DNA of 64,000 nucleotides from an uncultured Thermoleophilaceae bacterium (GCA_964455545.1 CAYVWQ010000005.1:24005-88004); one strand, 5' to 3'; positions 1-8,145 are shown, counted from the stretch's first letter. Translations and numbers: made by a program. The notes: generated from the letters alone by a model not told the origin.

Positions 1-29
1 TTCAATGCCAACCCTAAAGGAGATCTGCG

Positions 30-383
30 TCAGAGAACTTCGAGCACCCGCTCGAACGGCCGGCAAAGCACTGCCCTGCCGCCCTTCTCCGCGATCGGCC
101 GCTCGATCAGCTCGGGATCGTCGGCCATCAGCTGGATCAACTCGAGATCCGAGTGGTCGGAAGTCGCGAGGCCGAGCTCTTTGTACGCGGCCGCGCGCTT
201 GCGCAACAGGTCACGCGGGCCGATGCCGGCTTTGTCGAGCAGCTCGGCGATCTTCGCGGCCGAGAGCGGTTCGATGAAGTAATTGACGTCTTCGAATGCG
301 ACGCCCTTCTCCTCGAGCAGCGCGACCGTCTTCTTGCACGTCGTGCAGGTCGGCTTTTCGTAAATGGTCAGCTGGTCGGCCAT
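30..383 (-). CDS. ArsC/Spx-family thioredoxin-fold protein
   Basis: 117-aa ORF. N-terminal Cys motif IYEKPTCTTCKK and the size are typical of the ArsC/Spx/YffB family. High third-position GC. Confidence 0.75.
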   Translation of the reverse strand: MADQLTIYEKPTCTTCKKTVALLEEKGVAFEDVNYFIEPLSAAKIAELLDKAGIGPRDLLRKRAAAYKELGLATSDHSDLELIQLMADDPELIERPIAEKGGRAVLCRPFERVLEVL

Positions 384-428
384 CGTGGTCGCAGACTACT
401 GCGGGCGATGGCCGACCGCTGAAAGGAA

Positions 429-1613
429 CTACTCGCTCGGAACCTCGACGACGACGGCGTCGCCCTGGCCACCGCCGGAGCAGATGGCGGCGACGCCGAG
501 TCCGCCGCCGCGACGACGGAGCTCGTTGACGAGCGTGCCGATGATGCGAGCGCCGGAAGCGCCGATCGGGTGTCCGATCGCCACTGCGCCGCCGTTGACG
601 TTGACCTTGTCCTCATCGACGCCGAGCATGCGCATCGAGTTGAGCGTCACGCTGGCGAAAGCCTCGTTGATCTCCCAGAGGTCGACGTCTTCAGGCTTCT
701 TGCCGATCTTCTCGAGCGCGGCGATAGAGGCCTTGGCCGGGGTCTTTGCGAGATACGGGAAGTCATCGGCGATCGAAGCCTGCGAAAGGATCGTCGCGAT
801 CGGCTTCTTGCCGTTTTTCTCGGCCCACTCGTCGGAGGCGACGACGATCGCACCCGCGCCGTCGTTGACGCCGGGCGCGTTGCCTGCCGTGTGGGTGCCG
901 TCCTCCATGAAGATCGGCTTGAGCTTGCTGAGCGCCTCAAGCGTCGTGTCAGGGCGGACTGATTCATCGGTCTCGACGACGGTGTCGCCCTTCTTGCCCT
1001 TGATCGTCACCGGGACGATGTCCTCGGGCAGCTTGCCCTCTTCGTTGGCCTTTGCTGTCAGCTGGTGCGAGCGCACAGACCATGCGTCCATGTCCGCACG
1101 GGTCATCTCGAGTTCGGCCGCGACCTCACTGGCCTCGTGGGCCATGTGCTTGCCGGAGAAGGCGTTCGTCAACCCGTCGTTGATCATCGCGTCGATCATC
1201 TTGCCGTCGCCCATGCGGTATCCGAAACGGGCGTTCGGGAGCAGGTACGGCGCGTTGCTCATGCTCTCCATGCCGCCGCCGACACCGACCTCGATGTCAC
1301 CGGCACGGATCGCCGTGTCGAGCATGCCGACTGCACGCATTCCGGAGGCGCAGACCTTGTTGATCGTCTCGCTCGAAACTTCCTTGGGGATGCCGCCCTT
1401 GATCTGCGCCTGGCGCGACGGGATCTGACCTACGCCGGCCTGGAGCACATTGCCCATGACGACGTGGTCGACCTGCTCGCCCGAGACGCCCGAACGCTCG
1501 AGCGCCGCCTCGATCGCGATGCCTCCGAGCTCGACCGCCTTCAACGACGAGAGACCGCCGCCGAGCTTGCCGACGGGCGTGCGTGCGGATCCGAGGATGA
1601 CTGTCTTTGCCAT
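429..1613 (-). CDS. acetyl-CoA C-acetyltransferase (thiolase)
   Basis: 394 aa. Thiolase hallmarks: INKVCASGMRAV (active-site Cys), NVNGGAVAIGHPIGASGARI and CSGGGQG near the C-terminus. Confidence 0.95.
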   Translation of the reverse strand: MAKTVILGSARTPVGKLGGGLSSLKAVELGGIAIEAALERSGVSGEQVDHVVMGNVLQAGVGQIPSRQAQIKGGIPKEVSSETINKVCASGMRAVGMLDTAIRAGDIEVGVGGGMESMSNAPYLLPNARFGYRMGDGKMIDAMINDGLTNAFSGKHMAHEASEVAAELEMTRADMDAWSVRSHQLTAKANEEGKLPEDIVPVTIKGKKGDTVVETDESVRPDTTLEALSKLKPIFMEDGTHTAGNAPGVNDGAGAIVVASDEWAEKNGKKPIATILSQASIADDFPYLAKTPAKASIAALEKIGKKPEDVDLWEINEAFASVTLNSMRMLGVDEDKVNVNGGAVAIGHPIGASGARIIGTLVNELRRRGGGLGVAAICSGGGQGDAVVVEVPSE

Positions 1614-1750
1614 TTGAGGTGGCGTCCTTTCGAAAACTGTGGCTTGCTGGAAGGTGGGGTGGACGGCCTGTCAGCAGGCCGTATGGACGGGAGGGTACCG
1701 GCGTTTCGCCGATTGTGGTTGCATTTTACAACCACTTCATCCGGTGTGCC

Positions 1751-2236
1751 TCATTCGGGCCCGTCGAGACCGAGAAGAAATACGAGCTTCTCGGGGTTTT
1801 CCGGCGGCTGGTCGAGCAACGGCATCCGCTGAAAACCGAGTGACTGGTAGAGCTGGTGCGCCTCGACCTGCTCGGGACGGCTCCAGAGCCAGACCCGTCG
1901 CACCCCACGACCGCCGGCCGTCGCGACCGCAGCCGACACAACCAGCCGGCCGAAGCCGCGCCGCCTTGCCTTCTCGGCGACCGCGACGAGCACGATCTGC
2001 GCATCGTCGTCGTTCTCGGTCAAGTTTGCCGGGAAGCTGCCGTTGGCCGCGAGCACTGCGGTGGCGAGGATGTCGCCGCGTTCGACGACCGTGAAACACT
2101 CGCCGCGCATGATCGTGTGCGCGACTTCGGTGTCGGTGAAGCGGTCCGGCCGTGCGCGGACGGGACCGTCGATGAACGCCTCGTTCCAGAGCGCGGCAAG
2201 CGCGGCTGAATCCTGCAGATTCGCGACGCGGATCAC
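1751..2236 (-). CDS. GNAT-family N-acetyltransferase
   Basis: 161 aa. Acetyl-CoA binding motif A, VAVAEKARRRGFGRLVV (R-x-x-G-x-G). Confidence 0.8.
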   Translation of the reverse strand: MIRVANLQDSAALAALWNEAFIDGPVRARPDRFTDTEVAHTIMRGECFTVVERGDILATAVLAANGSFPANLTENDDDAQIVLVAVAEKARRRGFGRLVVSAAVATAGGRGVRRVWLWSRPEQVEAHQLYQSLGFQRMPLLDQPPENPEKLVFLLGLDGPE

Positions 2237-2245
2237 CGGGCTATC

Positions 2246-3709
2246 TTGACATCCATGCCTCAGACCATCGAAGTCACCACGCGCCAGGGCGATCCAGCCG
2301 AAACCTCAGCAGACACCCGCGTGGTCGGGATCTTCGAAGATCAGCCGAGTGGCATCGAGACGATCGACAAGCTGGTCGAGTCCGGCGAGATCAAGGCTTC
2401 GTACAAGTCGAGCGGCATTGCACATGCTCACGGCGCCCGCTTCATCGTCGTCGGCCTCGGCAAAGAGGACGACCTCACCACCGAGCGCGCCCGCGTCGTC
2501 GGCGCCGTCACGGTCGCGGCGGCCAAGGGCATCGGCGCCAAGGCGCTCTCGGCTTACATCCCGAGCCACACCGGTGCCACTGCGTCTGCCTTCGCCGAAG
2601 GCGCGATCCTCAAGAACTACAGCTTCGACGCCTACAAGAGCAAGAAGGATGACGACGATCCCGACGATGGATTCATCAGGTCGATCGAGATCGTCACCGA
2701 CGCGGACGCCGACATCGCCGACGCCGTGAAGCTCGGCGTCGCCGCAGCCGACGCGGCCAACCGGGCCCGCGACCTCCAGAACCAGCCCTCGAACGTCGCC
2801 ACACCGAGCTACCTGGCCGACCGCGCCGCCGCGATCGCCGCCGAGCACTCGCTCGAGTTCGACATCCACGACCGCGAATGGATCGAGAACAAGGGAATGG
2901 GCGCCTTCGCGGCCGTCGCCAAGGGCACCGCCGAAGAGCCGCGTCTGATCGTCCTGCGCTACAACGGCGCGGGCGCGAGTGGCCCGACGCTCGGCTTCGT
3001 CGGCAAGGCCGTCACGTTCGACACGGGCGGCATCTCGCTGAAGCCCTCGGCGAAGATGGAGGAGATGAAGTTCGACATGTCCGGTGGCGCCGCCGTGCTC
3101 GAGGCGACCGCGGCGATCGCCGCGCTCGGCCTGCCGGTCAACCTGATCTCCGTCGTCCCCTCGACGGAGAACATGCCCAGCGGCACAGCGACCAAGCCCG
3201 GCGACATCGTCACCGCCTACAACGGCAAGACGATCGAGATCGACAACACCGACGCCGAGGGGCGGCTGATCCTCGCCGACGCGATCACTTACGCGATCGA
3301 GCTCGGCGCCGAGCGCGTCGTAAACCTGGCCACGCTGACCGGCGCGATCATCGTCGCCCTCGGGAGCACTTACGCCGGCCTCTTCAGCAACGACGACGAC
3401 TGGGTCGCCCAGGTCGAGGCCGCGTCGGCCGCCACCGGCGAACTCGGACACCGACTGCCGCTGCACCCCGAATTCGCCGACCTGATCAAGGGCAAGTACG
3501 CGGACATCTCGAACGCCCCGGGCTCACGCAAGGGTTCGTCGATCACCGCCGCCGAGTTCCTCAAGAACTTCGTCGGAGACACACCGTGGACGCACGTCGA
3601 CATCGCCGGCACGGCCTGGGACCTCGGCCGAACCTACGTCGGCAACGGGGCGTCGGGATTCGGCACGCGCATGCTCGTCGAGCTCGCGCGGGCGCACGGA
3701 GAAAGCTGA
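2246..3709 (+). CDS. pepA: leucyl aminopeptidase (M17 family)
   Basis: 487 aa. M17 signature NTDAEGRLILAD and GKAVTFDTGGISLKP. Confidence 0.95.
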   Translation: MTSMPQTIEVTTRQGDPAETSADTRVVGIFEDQPSGIETIDKLVESGEIKASYKSSGIAHAHGARFIVVGLGKEDDLTTERARVVGAVTVAAAKGIGAKALSAYIPSHTGATASAFAEGAILKNYSFDAYKSKKDDDDPDDGFIRSIEIVTDADADIADAVKLGVAAADAANRARDLQNQPSNVATPSYLADRAAAIAAEHSLEFDIHDREWIENKGMGAFAAVAKGTAEEPRLIVLRYNGAGASGPTLGFVGKAVTFDTGGISLKPSAKMEEMKFDMSGGAAVLEATAAIAALGLPVNLISVVPSTENMPSGTATKPGDIVTAYNGKTIEIDNTDAEGRLILADAITYAIELGAERVVNLATLTGAIIVALGSTYAGLFSNDDDWVAQVEAASAATGELGHRLPLHPEFADLIKGKYADISNAPGSRKGSSITAAEFLKNFVGDTPWTHVDIAGTAWDLGRTYVGNGASGFGTRMLVELARAHGES

Positions 3710-3713
3710 CCGG

Positions 3714-5102
3714 CTACTTGCCGGAATTGCCGCGGCCGTTGGCGGCGCCGCCGCCCGAGGCGTTGTCGCCGCCCGAGCCGTTGCCGCCGCCGGAGCTGTT
3801 GCCGCCGGATCCGCCCGATTGATCGCCGCCGGATGAGTTCTGGCCGGCGGATTCGCTGCGGCCGGATGAGTTCGAACCCGACGAACTGCCGCCGTTTGAC
3901 CTGGTCGAGGCGCTCTGAGACTTCGAGGACGAATTGCCGCGGCCGTTGCCCTTCGCGGCGGCGCGGCGCTCGGCGGCGGCCTTCTTCTTGGCGGCAGCCC
4001 TGCGCTTTGCCTTGGCGGCCTTGCGCTTGGCTTTGGCCTTCGCCTTCGCGCGCTTTTCCGCCGCTCGTGCGCGAGCTCGGGCTTTGAGCGCCTCTGGATT
4101 GCCGGCGAGCCCTTCGGCAGCGGCCGACTCGGCGGACTTTCCAGCGCTTGAACCGTTCACCGAAGCCGTCTTCTCGGCGGCGGGCTCACCGCTCTTCCCG
4201 ACGATCTCCTCGCCGGCGACGACACCTCCGGTGCCGACGGCCGCGACGACCAGGACCGTGGCGGCGACCTTTCCGGCTACCGCTACGACGCCAGCTCCGC
4301 CGGCCGTCGCCGCGACTCCACCGGCAGCGGTGCCGCCTGCAACTGCGCCTCCGGCAGCGGCTCCTGCGCCCGCGCTTGCGGCTGCTCCCGTCGCAGCTGC
4401 GGCGGATGCCTTGCCGGCCCCGACCCATGTGATCGCGGTGATCGGCGCGGCGGCGGCGAGCTTTCGCTTCAGCTGCTTGCCGCGGATCCCGTTCGCGTCG
4501 GCCGCCGTCGTGACGGTCGCGCGCCCTCGCTTGATCAACTGGCGCGCACTTTCGGGTGTCGTCTCGAGCGTGTCGGCGATCTCGTCGACCGACAGGCCAC
4601 CCAGCTCGCGCATGACCAGGGCCTCGCGCTGCCGTTCGGGGAGTGAATTCATCGCCGTGACGAGCCACGCGAGTTCGGCGCGGCGATCGACCACCGACTG
4701 GAAGCTGACGACGGTCGCCGGCTCGTCCCGCTCGGTCGCGTCATCAAGCGACAAAGTTCGTTGGCGCATTCCGCGGATGTGGTCAAAGGTGTGGTTGCGG
4801 GCGATCCTGAACAGCCACGCCTTGAAGGAGCCATCGTCGTGCCGCGCGCCGAGATTGGCGTATGCCTTCTGGAAGATTTCCTGCGTCAGATCCTCGGCGT
4901 CGTCGACGTTGGCGCCGCGTCCGAGCAGGTGATAGACGAACGCGAAGATGTTCTGGCGGTATCGCGCGTGCAGGGTCGCGAATGCGTCCTCGTTGCCGCG
5001 GGCCGCGAGAGAGCAGAGCACCCGGTCCGGTTGCACGGACAGCATGCGGTTTGCGACCGCTGAGTGCAGCGGACGCGCGTCTGTTCTGGGTGAAGCTTCC
5101 AT
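3714..5102 (-). CDS. ECF-type sigma-70 family factor with fused C-terminal membrane anchor and low-complexity tail (sigma paralog 1)
   Basis: 462 aa. N-terminal ~200 aa has sigma region 2 (FAFVYHLLGRGANVDDAEDLTQEIFQKAY, WLFRIARNHTFDHIR) and region 4 (LPERQREALVMRELGGLSVDEIADTL...ARQLIKRGR). A Gly/Ala-rich hydrophobic stretch follows (VAATVLVVAAVGTGGVVAG), then a Lys/Ala-rich and Ser/Gly/Asn-rich tail. Confidence 0.85.
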   Translation of the reverse strand: MEASPRTDARPLHSAVANRMLSVQPDRVLCSLAARGNEDAFATLHARYRQNIFAFVYHLLGRGANVDDAEDLTQEIFQKAYANLGARHDDGSFKAWLFRIARNHTFDHIRGMRQRTLSLDDATERDEPATVVSFQSVVDRRAELAWLVTAMNSLPERQREALVMRELGGLSVDEIADTLETTPESARQLIKRGRATVTTAADANGIRGKQLKRKLAAAAPITAITWVGAGKASAAAATGAAASAGAGAAAGGAVAGGTAAGGVAATAGGAGVVAVAGKVAATVLVVAAVGTGGVVAGEEIVGKSGEPAAEKTASVNGSSAGKSAESAAAEGLAGNPEALKARARARAAEKRAKAKAKAKRKAAKAKRRAAAKKKAAAERRAAAKGNGRGNSSSKSQSASTRSNGGSSSGSNSSGRSESAGQNSSGGDQSGGSGGNSSGGGNGSGGDNASGGGAANGRGNSGK

Positions 5103-5171
5103 CCCTTATCTACTAACAAGACGTATCGCCACATGTTTTGTGTCACTTGAAAAATCCGGCCTGAGACGAAA

Positions 5172-5197
5172 AACGAGAACTGACTGCGACATGTTCC
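5172..5197 (-). promoter_or_regulatory. candidate ECF-type promoter GGAAC-N17-CGTT upstream of sigma paralog 1
   Basis: Minus strand reads GGAACatgtcgcagtcagttctCGTT. The -35 is at 5197-5193 and the -10 at 5175-5172, about 70 nt upstream of the ATG at 5102. Matches the AAC/CGT hallmark of ECF promoters. Confidence 0.4.
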
Positions 5198-5221
5198 GGC
5201 GCGGCGACCGTCTGTAACTGC

Positions 5222-5830
5222 ATGAACCTCAAGGCCAAGAAAATCACGATTCTGCTCACTCTCGTAATGCTTGTGTTCGCGGTGGTCGCGGCGCAGGCGT
5301 CCGCGGCTCCGAAGGACCGCAACAAGAACGGCATTCCCGACGCCTGGGAGAAGGCGCACGGAATTTCGCTCAAGAAGGACCGGGGCAACCGTGACGCGGA
5401 CGGAGACGGCGCGCGCAACCGCTGCGAGTACCAGGCCAAGACTGACCCGAACAACGCCGACAGCGACGCCGACCTGATCCCTGACGGCGACGAGGACACG
5501 GACGGAGACGGCGCCACCAACCGCGCCGAGTCAAATCTGCGCTCGAACTGCGGCAGGGCGAACAGCCACCTGCAGATCCGTCGCGCGACCGTGACGTCAT
5601 TCGCAGAAGGCGTCCTGACTCTGACGGTCCGTGGTGGCGGCACCGTGACCGCTCCGGTCTCGAGTTCGCTCAAGTGCGCCGTGAAGAAGTCAGGCGCTTC
5701 AAAAACGTCGAACGGCAAGGCCGACAGCAAAACGGCCGCATGCATCACCGCTGACCTGGTCAGCGGAACCGCCGTTCACAACGCCCGAACGAAGTCGGGC
5801 AAGTTCGCCGCAATCACTCTGGTCAAGTAG
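5222..5830 (+). CDS. secreted DxDxDG (thrombospondin type-3-like) calcium-binding repeat protein (paralog 1)
   Basis: 202 aa. Signal peptide MNLKAKKITILLTLVMLVFAVVAAQASA. Repeats DADGDGARNRCE, DSDADLIPDGDE and DTDGDGATNRAE. Four Cys conserved with the 7375-8076 paralog. Confidence 0.75.
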   Translation: MNLKAKKITILLTLVMLVFAVVAAQASAAPKDRNKNGIPDAWEKAHGISLKKDRGNRDADGDGARNRCEYQAKTDPNNADSDADLIPDGDEDTDGDGATNRAESNLRSNCGRANSHLQIRRATVTSFAEGVLTLTVRGGGTVTAPVSSSLKCAVKKSGASKTSNGKADSKTAACITADLVSGTAVHNARTKSGKFAAITLVK

Positions 5831-5874
5831 CGACGAGCAAGGGGACCTCGTCCACCCCGGCGAGGTCACGAGTG

Positions 5875-5908
5875 GGCGACGGCCGAGACCCGGAGCTCGG
5901 CCGTCGCC
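5875..5908. terminator. perfect 13-bp-stem hairpin between convergent genes (probable bidirectional terminator)
   Basis: GGCGACGGCCGAG acccggag CTCGGCCGTCGCC. Lies between the stop at 5830 (+) and the stop at 5918 (-). A second 7-bp hairpin (GACCTCG/CGAGGTC) sits at 5844-5867. No strong T-tract. Confidence 0.5.
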
Positions 5909-5917
5909 GCACGGATT

Positions 5918-7228
5918 TTAAGGGCCCGAGTCAACCCCCCCGGGCCCCGATTTGGTCCCAACACGACCGGCTCCGGAATCGGGCGAGCCCGATTCCGAGC
6001 CGGCGTCGCCGGTCTCCGAGCCCGAGCCGGACCCAGAACCACTGTGAGACCCGTCGTCTCGCGGTCGAGGCCCGCCATCTCGTGAACCCGAGCGTTCCGA
6101 TCCTTCGCGTTCGAACTGATCATCGCCTCTGAAGGTCGACCCGCGACGGCCGCCGCGGTCGTCCTGGCCCTCGGCCTCGGTCTCGCCGCCGCGACCGCGG
6201 CGGCCCTCGCTCGCCGCTCCCGATCCGCTGCCGCGATCTGGCCGCTTTGCGTCCTCGCCTTTCCCGCGCCGACTGCCGCCGGTGCGGTCGGCCACGTCGC
6301 GGATGACGGACTCGGCGGTCGTGGTGCCGGCGGGAACACGCGCGATCGGAGAGCCGGCCCTGTCCTGCGCGGCGGCAACGTCGGCGCTGTCGCTGGCAGG
6401 CGGCTTGGTGCGCTCGTGTTCGACGACGGCGGTCCCCCCTCCGACTGCGGCAACGGTCAGAAAAGTCGCCGCGACCTTCGCGAACGCCGCGCCGCCGCCG
6501 GCGGCAGCGCTCGCGGTCGCCGCGCCGCCGGTGAAAGTCATTCCGATACCGGCCGCGAGCGGCAGAACTGGCGCCGCCATCGCGAGATCGCGTCCCAGAT
6601 GCTTCTCGCGATAGCCATCTGCGGCCGCCGCTTCGGCGACCGAGCTGCGTCCGCGATTGATCAGCTTCTTCGTTGCCGAAACCGTGGTGTCGAGTTCGGC
6701 AGCGATCTCACGGTGTGAAAGCCCGCCCAACTCTCGCAGCAGCAGCGCTTCGCGCTGACGGTGCGGGAGCTCCGAGACCGTCGTGACAAGCCACGCGAGC
6801 TCGGCGCGCTGCTCGGCGCGGTCGTCCGTAGCGGCGCGGTGGTCGACGGCTTCGGTGGACATCTCTGCCTCGGCGTCGAGTGAACCGACCGGCCTGCGCG
6901 CGCGCATCACGTCGAACGTTCGATTGCGGGCGATCGCGAAGATCCAGTGCTTGAAGCTGCCCTCGAAGCCGCGTTCGCGAATCGCCGCGAACCCCTTCGT
7001 GAATGCTTCTTGTGCGATGTCTTCCGCGTCCTCGGAGCTCGCTCCCCTGCCCAGCAGGTGATAGACGAAGGCGAAGACGGGCTGGCGATAGCGCTCGTAG
7101 AGAACGTCAAAAGCGCTCGGGTTTCCGCGCGAGGCGAGGCGGCACAGCACCGGGTCAGGCTGTACGCGCAGGAAGCGGCTCGCCGCGGATCCTGCCGCGG
7201 GCGAGCTGTATGTGGGTGAAGCCTCCAA
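5918..7228 (-). CDS. ECF-type sigma-70 family factor with fused C-terminal membrane anchor and low-complexity tail (sigma paralog 2)
   Basis: The ORF is open to a TTG at 7282. The TTG at 7228 gives an N-terminus (L/M)EASPTYSS that aligns with MEASPRTD of paralog 1, is preceded by GGAG, and lies downstream of a promoter-like motif. Sigma regions 2 and 4 are conserved (FAFVYHLLGRGASSEDAEDIAQEAF; LPHRQREALLLRELGGLSHREIAAEL), followed by a hydrophobic Ala/Gly stretch and a Gly/Arg/Asp/Ser-rich tail. Confidence 0.8.
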   Translation of the reverse strand: MEASPTYSSPAAGSAASRFLRVQPDPVLCRLASRGNPSAFDVLYERYRQPVFAFVYHLLGRGASSEDAEDIAQEAFTKGFAAIRERGFEGSFKHWIFAIARNRTFDVMRARRPVGSLDAEAEMSTEAVDHRAATDDRAEQRAELAWLVTTVSELPHRQREALLLRELGGLSHREIAAELDTTVSATKKLINRGRSSVAEAAAADGYREKHLGRDLAMAAPVLPLAAGIGMTFTGGAATASAAAGGGAAFAKVAATFLTVAAVGGGTAVVEHERTKPPASDSADVAAAQDRAGSPIARVPAGTTTAESVIRDVADRTGGSRRGKGEDAKRPDRGSGSGAASEGRRGRGGETEAEGQDDRGGRRGSTFRGDDQFEREGSERSGSRDGGPRPRDDGSHSGSGSGSGSETGDAGSESGSPDSGAGRVGTKSGPGGVDSGP

Positions 7229-7250
7229 GAAGTCGCTCTCCAGACATTCA

Positions 7251-7276
7251 AGACGTTTCGACGGCGAGAAAGTCCC
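7251..7276 (-). promoter_or_regulatory. candidate ECF-like promoter GGGAC-N16-CGTCT upstream of sigma paralog 2
   Basis: Minus strand reads GGGACtttctcgccgtcgaaaCGTCT (7276->7251), 23 nt upstream of the TTG at 7228. Confidence 0.4.
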
Positions 7277-7314
7277 ACACAACCCTGAGAATTCCCTGAG
7301 ATGCGTCCAGCCGC

Positions 7315-7340
7315 GGGACCTTCGGGGCGCGAAGTCGTCT
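7315..7340 (+). promoter_or_regulatory. candidate ECF-like promoter GGGAC-N16-CGTCT upstream of secreted DxDxDG protein paralog 2
   Basis: Plus strand reads GGGACcttcggggcgcgaagtCGTCT. An AGGAG Shine-Dalgarno follows at 7364-7368 and the ATG at 7375. Same motif and spacing as the minus-strand site at 7276-7251. Confidence 0.4.
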
Positions 7341-7374
7341 TTGCATCTGACAGTCCACCGAACAGGAGATTCAA

Positions 7375-8076
7375 ATGCGACACAAGATCAAGTTTCAGTT
7401 GCTGGCGATCCTCGCTTTGGCCCTCGCCGGGATGGCGATCGGGCTCAGCCAGGCGTCGGCGCACGGAGGTGGCCACGGCGGCCGCATCGTCGACAGCGAC
7501 GGTGACGGCGCCAGCGACAAGTGCGAGGCCCGTGCAGGCACGTCGTCGAGCGACACTGACAGCGACGACAACGGCGTCGTCGACGGCCTCGAGGACACCG
7601 ACGGAGACGGCGCAAACAACGCGGCCGAGTCGGTCCTGCGCACCAACTGCAACCGCGCGAACACGCGCTGGAAGCGAATTCGCCGCGCCGAGGTCGAGAG
7701 CTACACGGACGGCGTGCTGACACTTTCGATCGGCAAGAACGGCGGCCTGCTCTCGGCACCGGTCAGCTCCCGCGTGATCTGCGAGATCGACGACTCAAGC
7801 GACAGCAGTGACGACGACTCCACCGCCAGCATCGCCCGACACGGCGAAGACGAGCCCGGAGATGACCGCGGCGGTGAACGTGGCGGCGACAGCGGTGGCG
7901 ACGACGGTGGCCAGCGCGGCGACCGCCCGTTCGGGCGCTTCGACGGCGACGACGAGGACGACACCGTTGCGTGCGTCACAGGGGACATCGTTGCCGGCGC
8001 CGAAGTCCGCTCCGCGAAGATCAAGAGCGGCAAGTTCGTCCGCATTCACCTCGCGGACCCCGAAGACTCCGAGTAG
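7375..8076 (+). CDS. secreted DxDxDG (thrombospondin type-3-like) calcium-binding repeat protein (paralog 2)
   Basis: 233 aa. Signal peptide MRHKIKFQLLAILALALAGMAIGLSQASA. Repeats DSDGDGASDKCE, DTDSDDNGVVDGLE and DTDGDGANNAAE. C-terminal domain is collinear with paralog 1 (GVLTL...APVSS...C...AC.T.D.V...KSGKF). Confidence 0.75.
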   Translation: MRHKIKFQLLAILALALAGMAIGLSQASAHGGGHGGRIVDSDGDGASDKCEARAGTSSSDTDSDDNGVVDGLEDTDGDGANNAAESVLRTNCNRANTRWKRIRRAEVESYTDGVLTLSIGKNGGLLSAPVSSRVICEIDDSSDSSDDDSTASIARHGEDEPGDDRGGERGGDSGGDDGGQRGDRPFGRFDGDDEDDTVACVTGDIVAGAEVRSAKIKSGKFVRIHLADPEDSE

Positions 8077-8100
8077 AAGCGATCGGATCCCGAGCAGAAA

Positions 8101-8134
8101 ATCCCCCGGTCCGCGAGGTCCGGGGGATTTTTTG
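8101..8134 (+). terminator. rho-independent terminator
   Basis: ATCCCCCGG tccgcgaggt CCGGGGGAT followed by TTTTTT, 25 nt after the stop at 8076. Confidence 0.75.
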
Positions 8135-8145
8135 CGGGTCAGAGT

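Noticed and set aside
364-1428. 354-aa plus-strand ORF
   Set aside because: It is antisense to the thiolase gene, and the Ser/Ala/Pro-rich translation has no motifs.
1715-1735. Inverted repeat GTGGTTG-catttta-CAACCAC between the GNAT and thiolase genes
   Set aside because: The 7-bp stem has no T-tract on either strand and no second copy. It could be an operator or a weak terminator, but the evidence is too thin to call.
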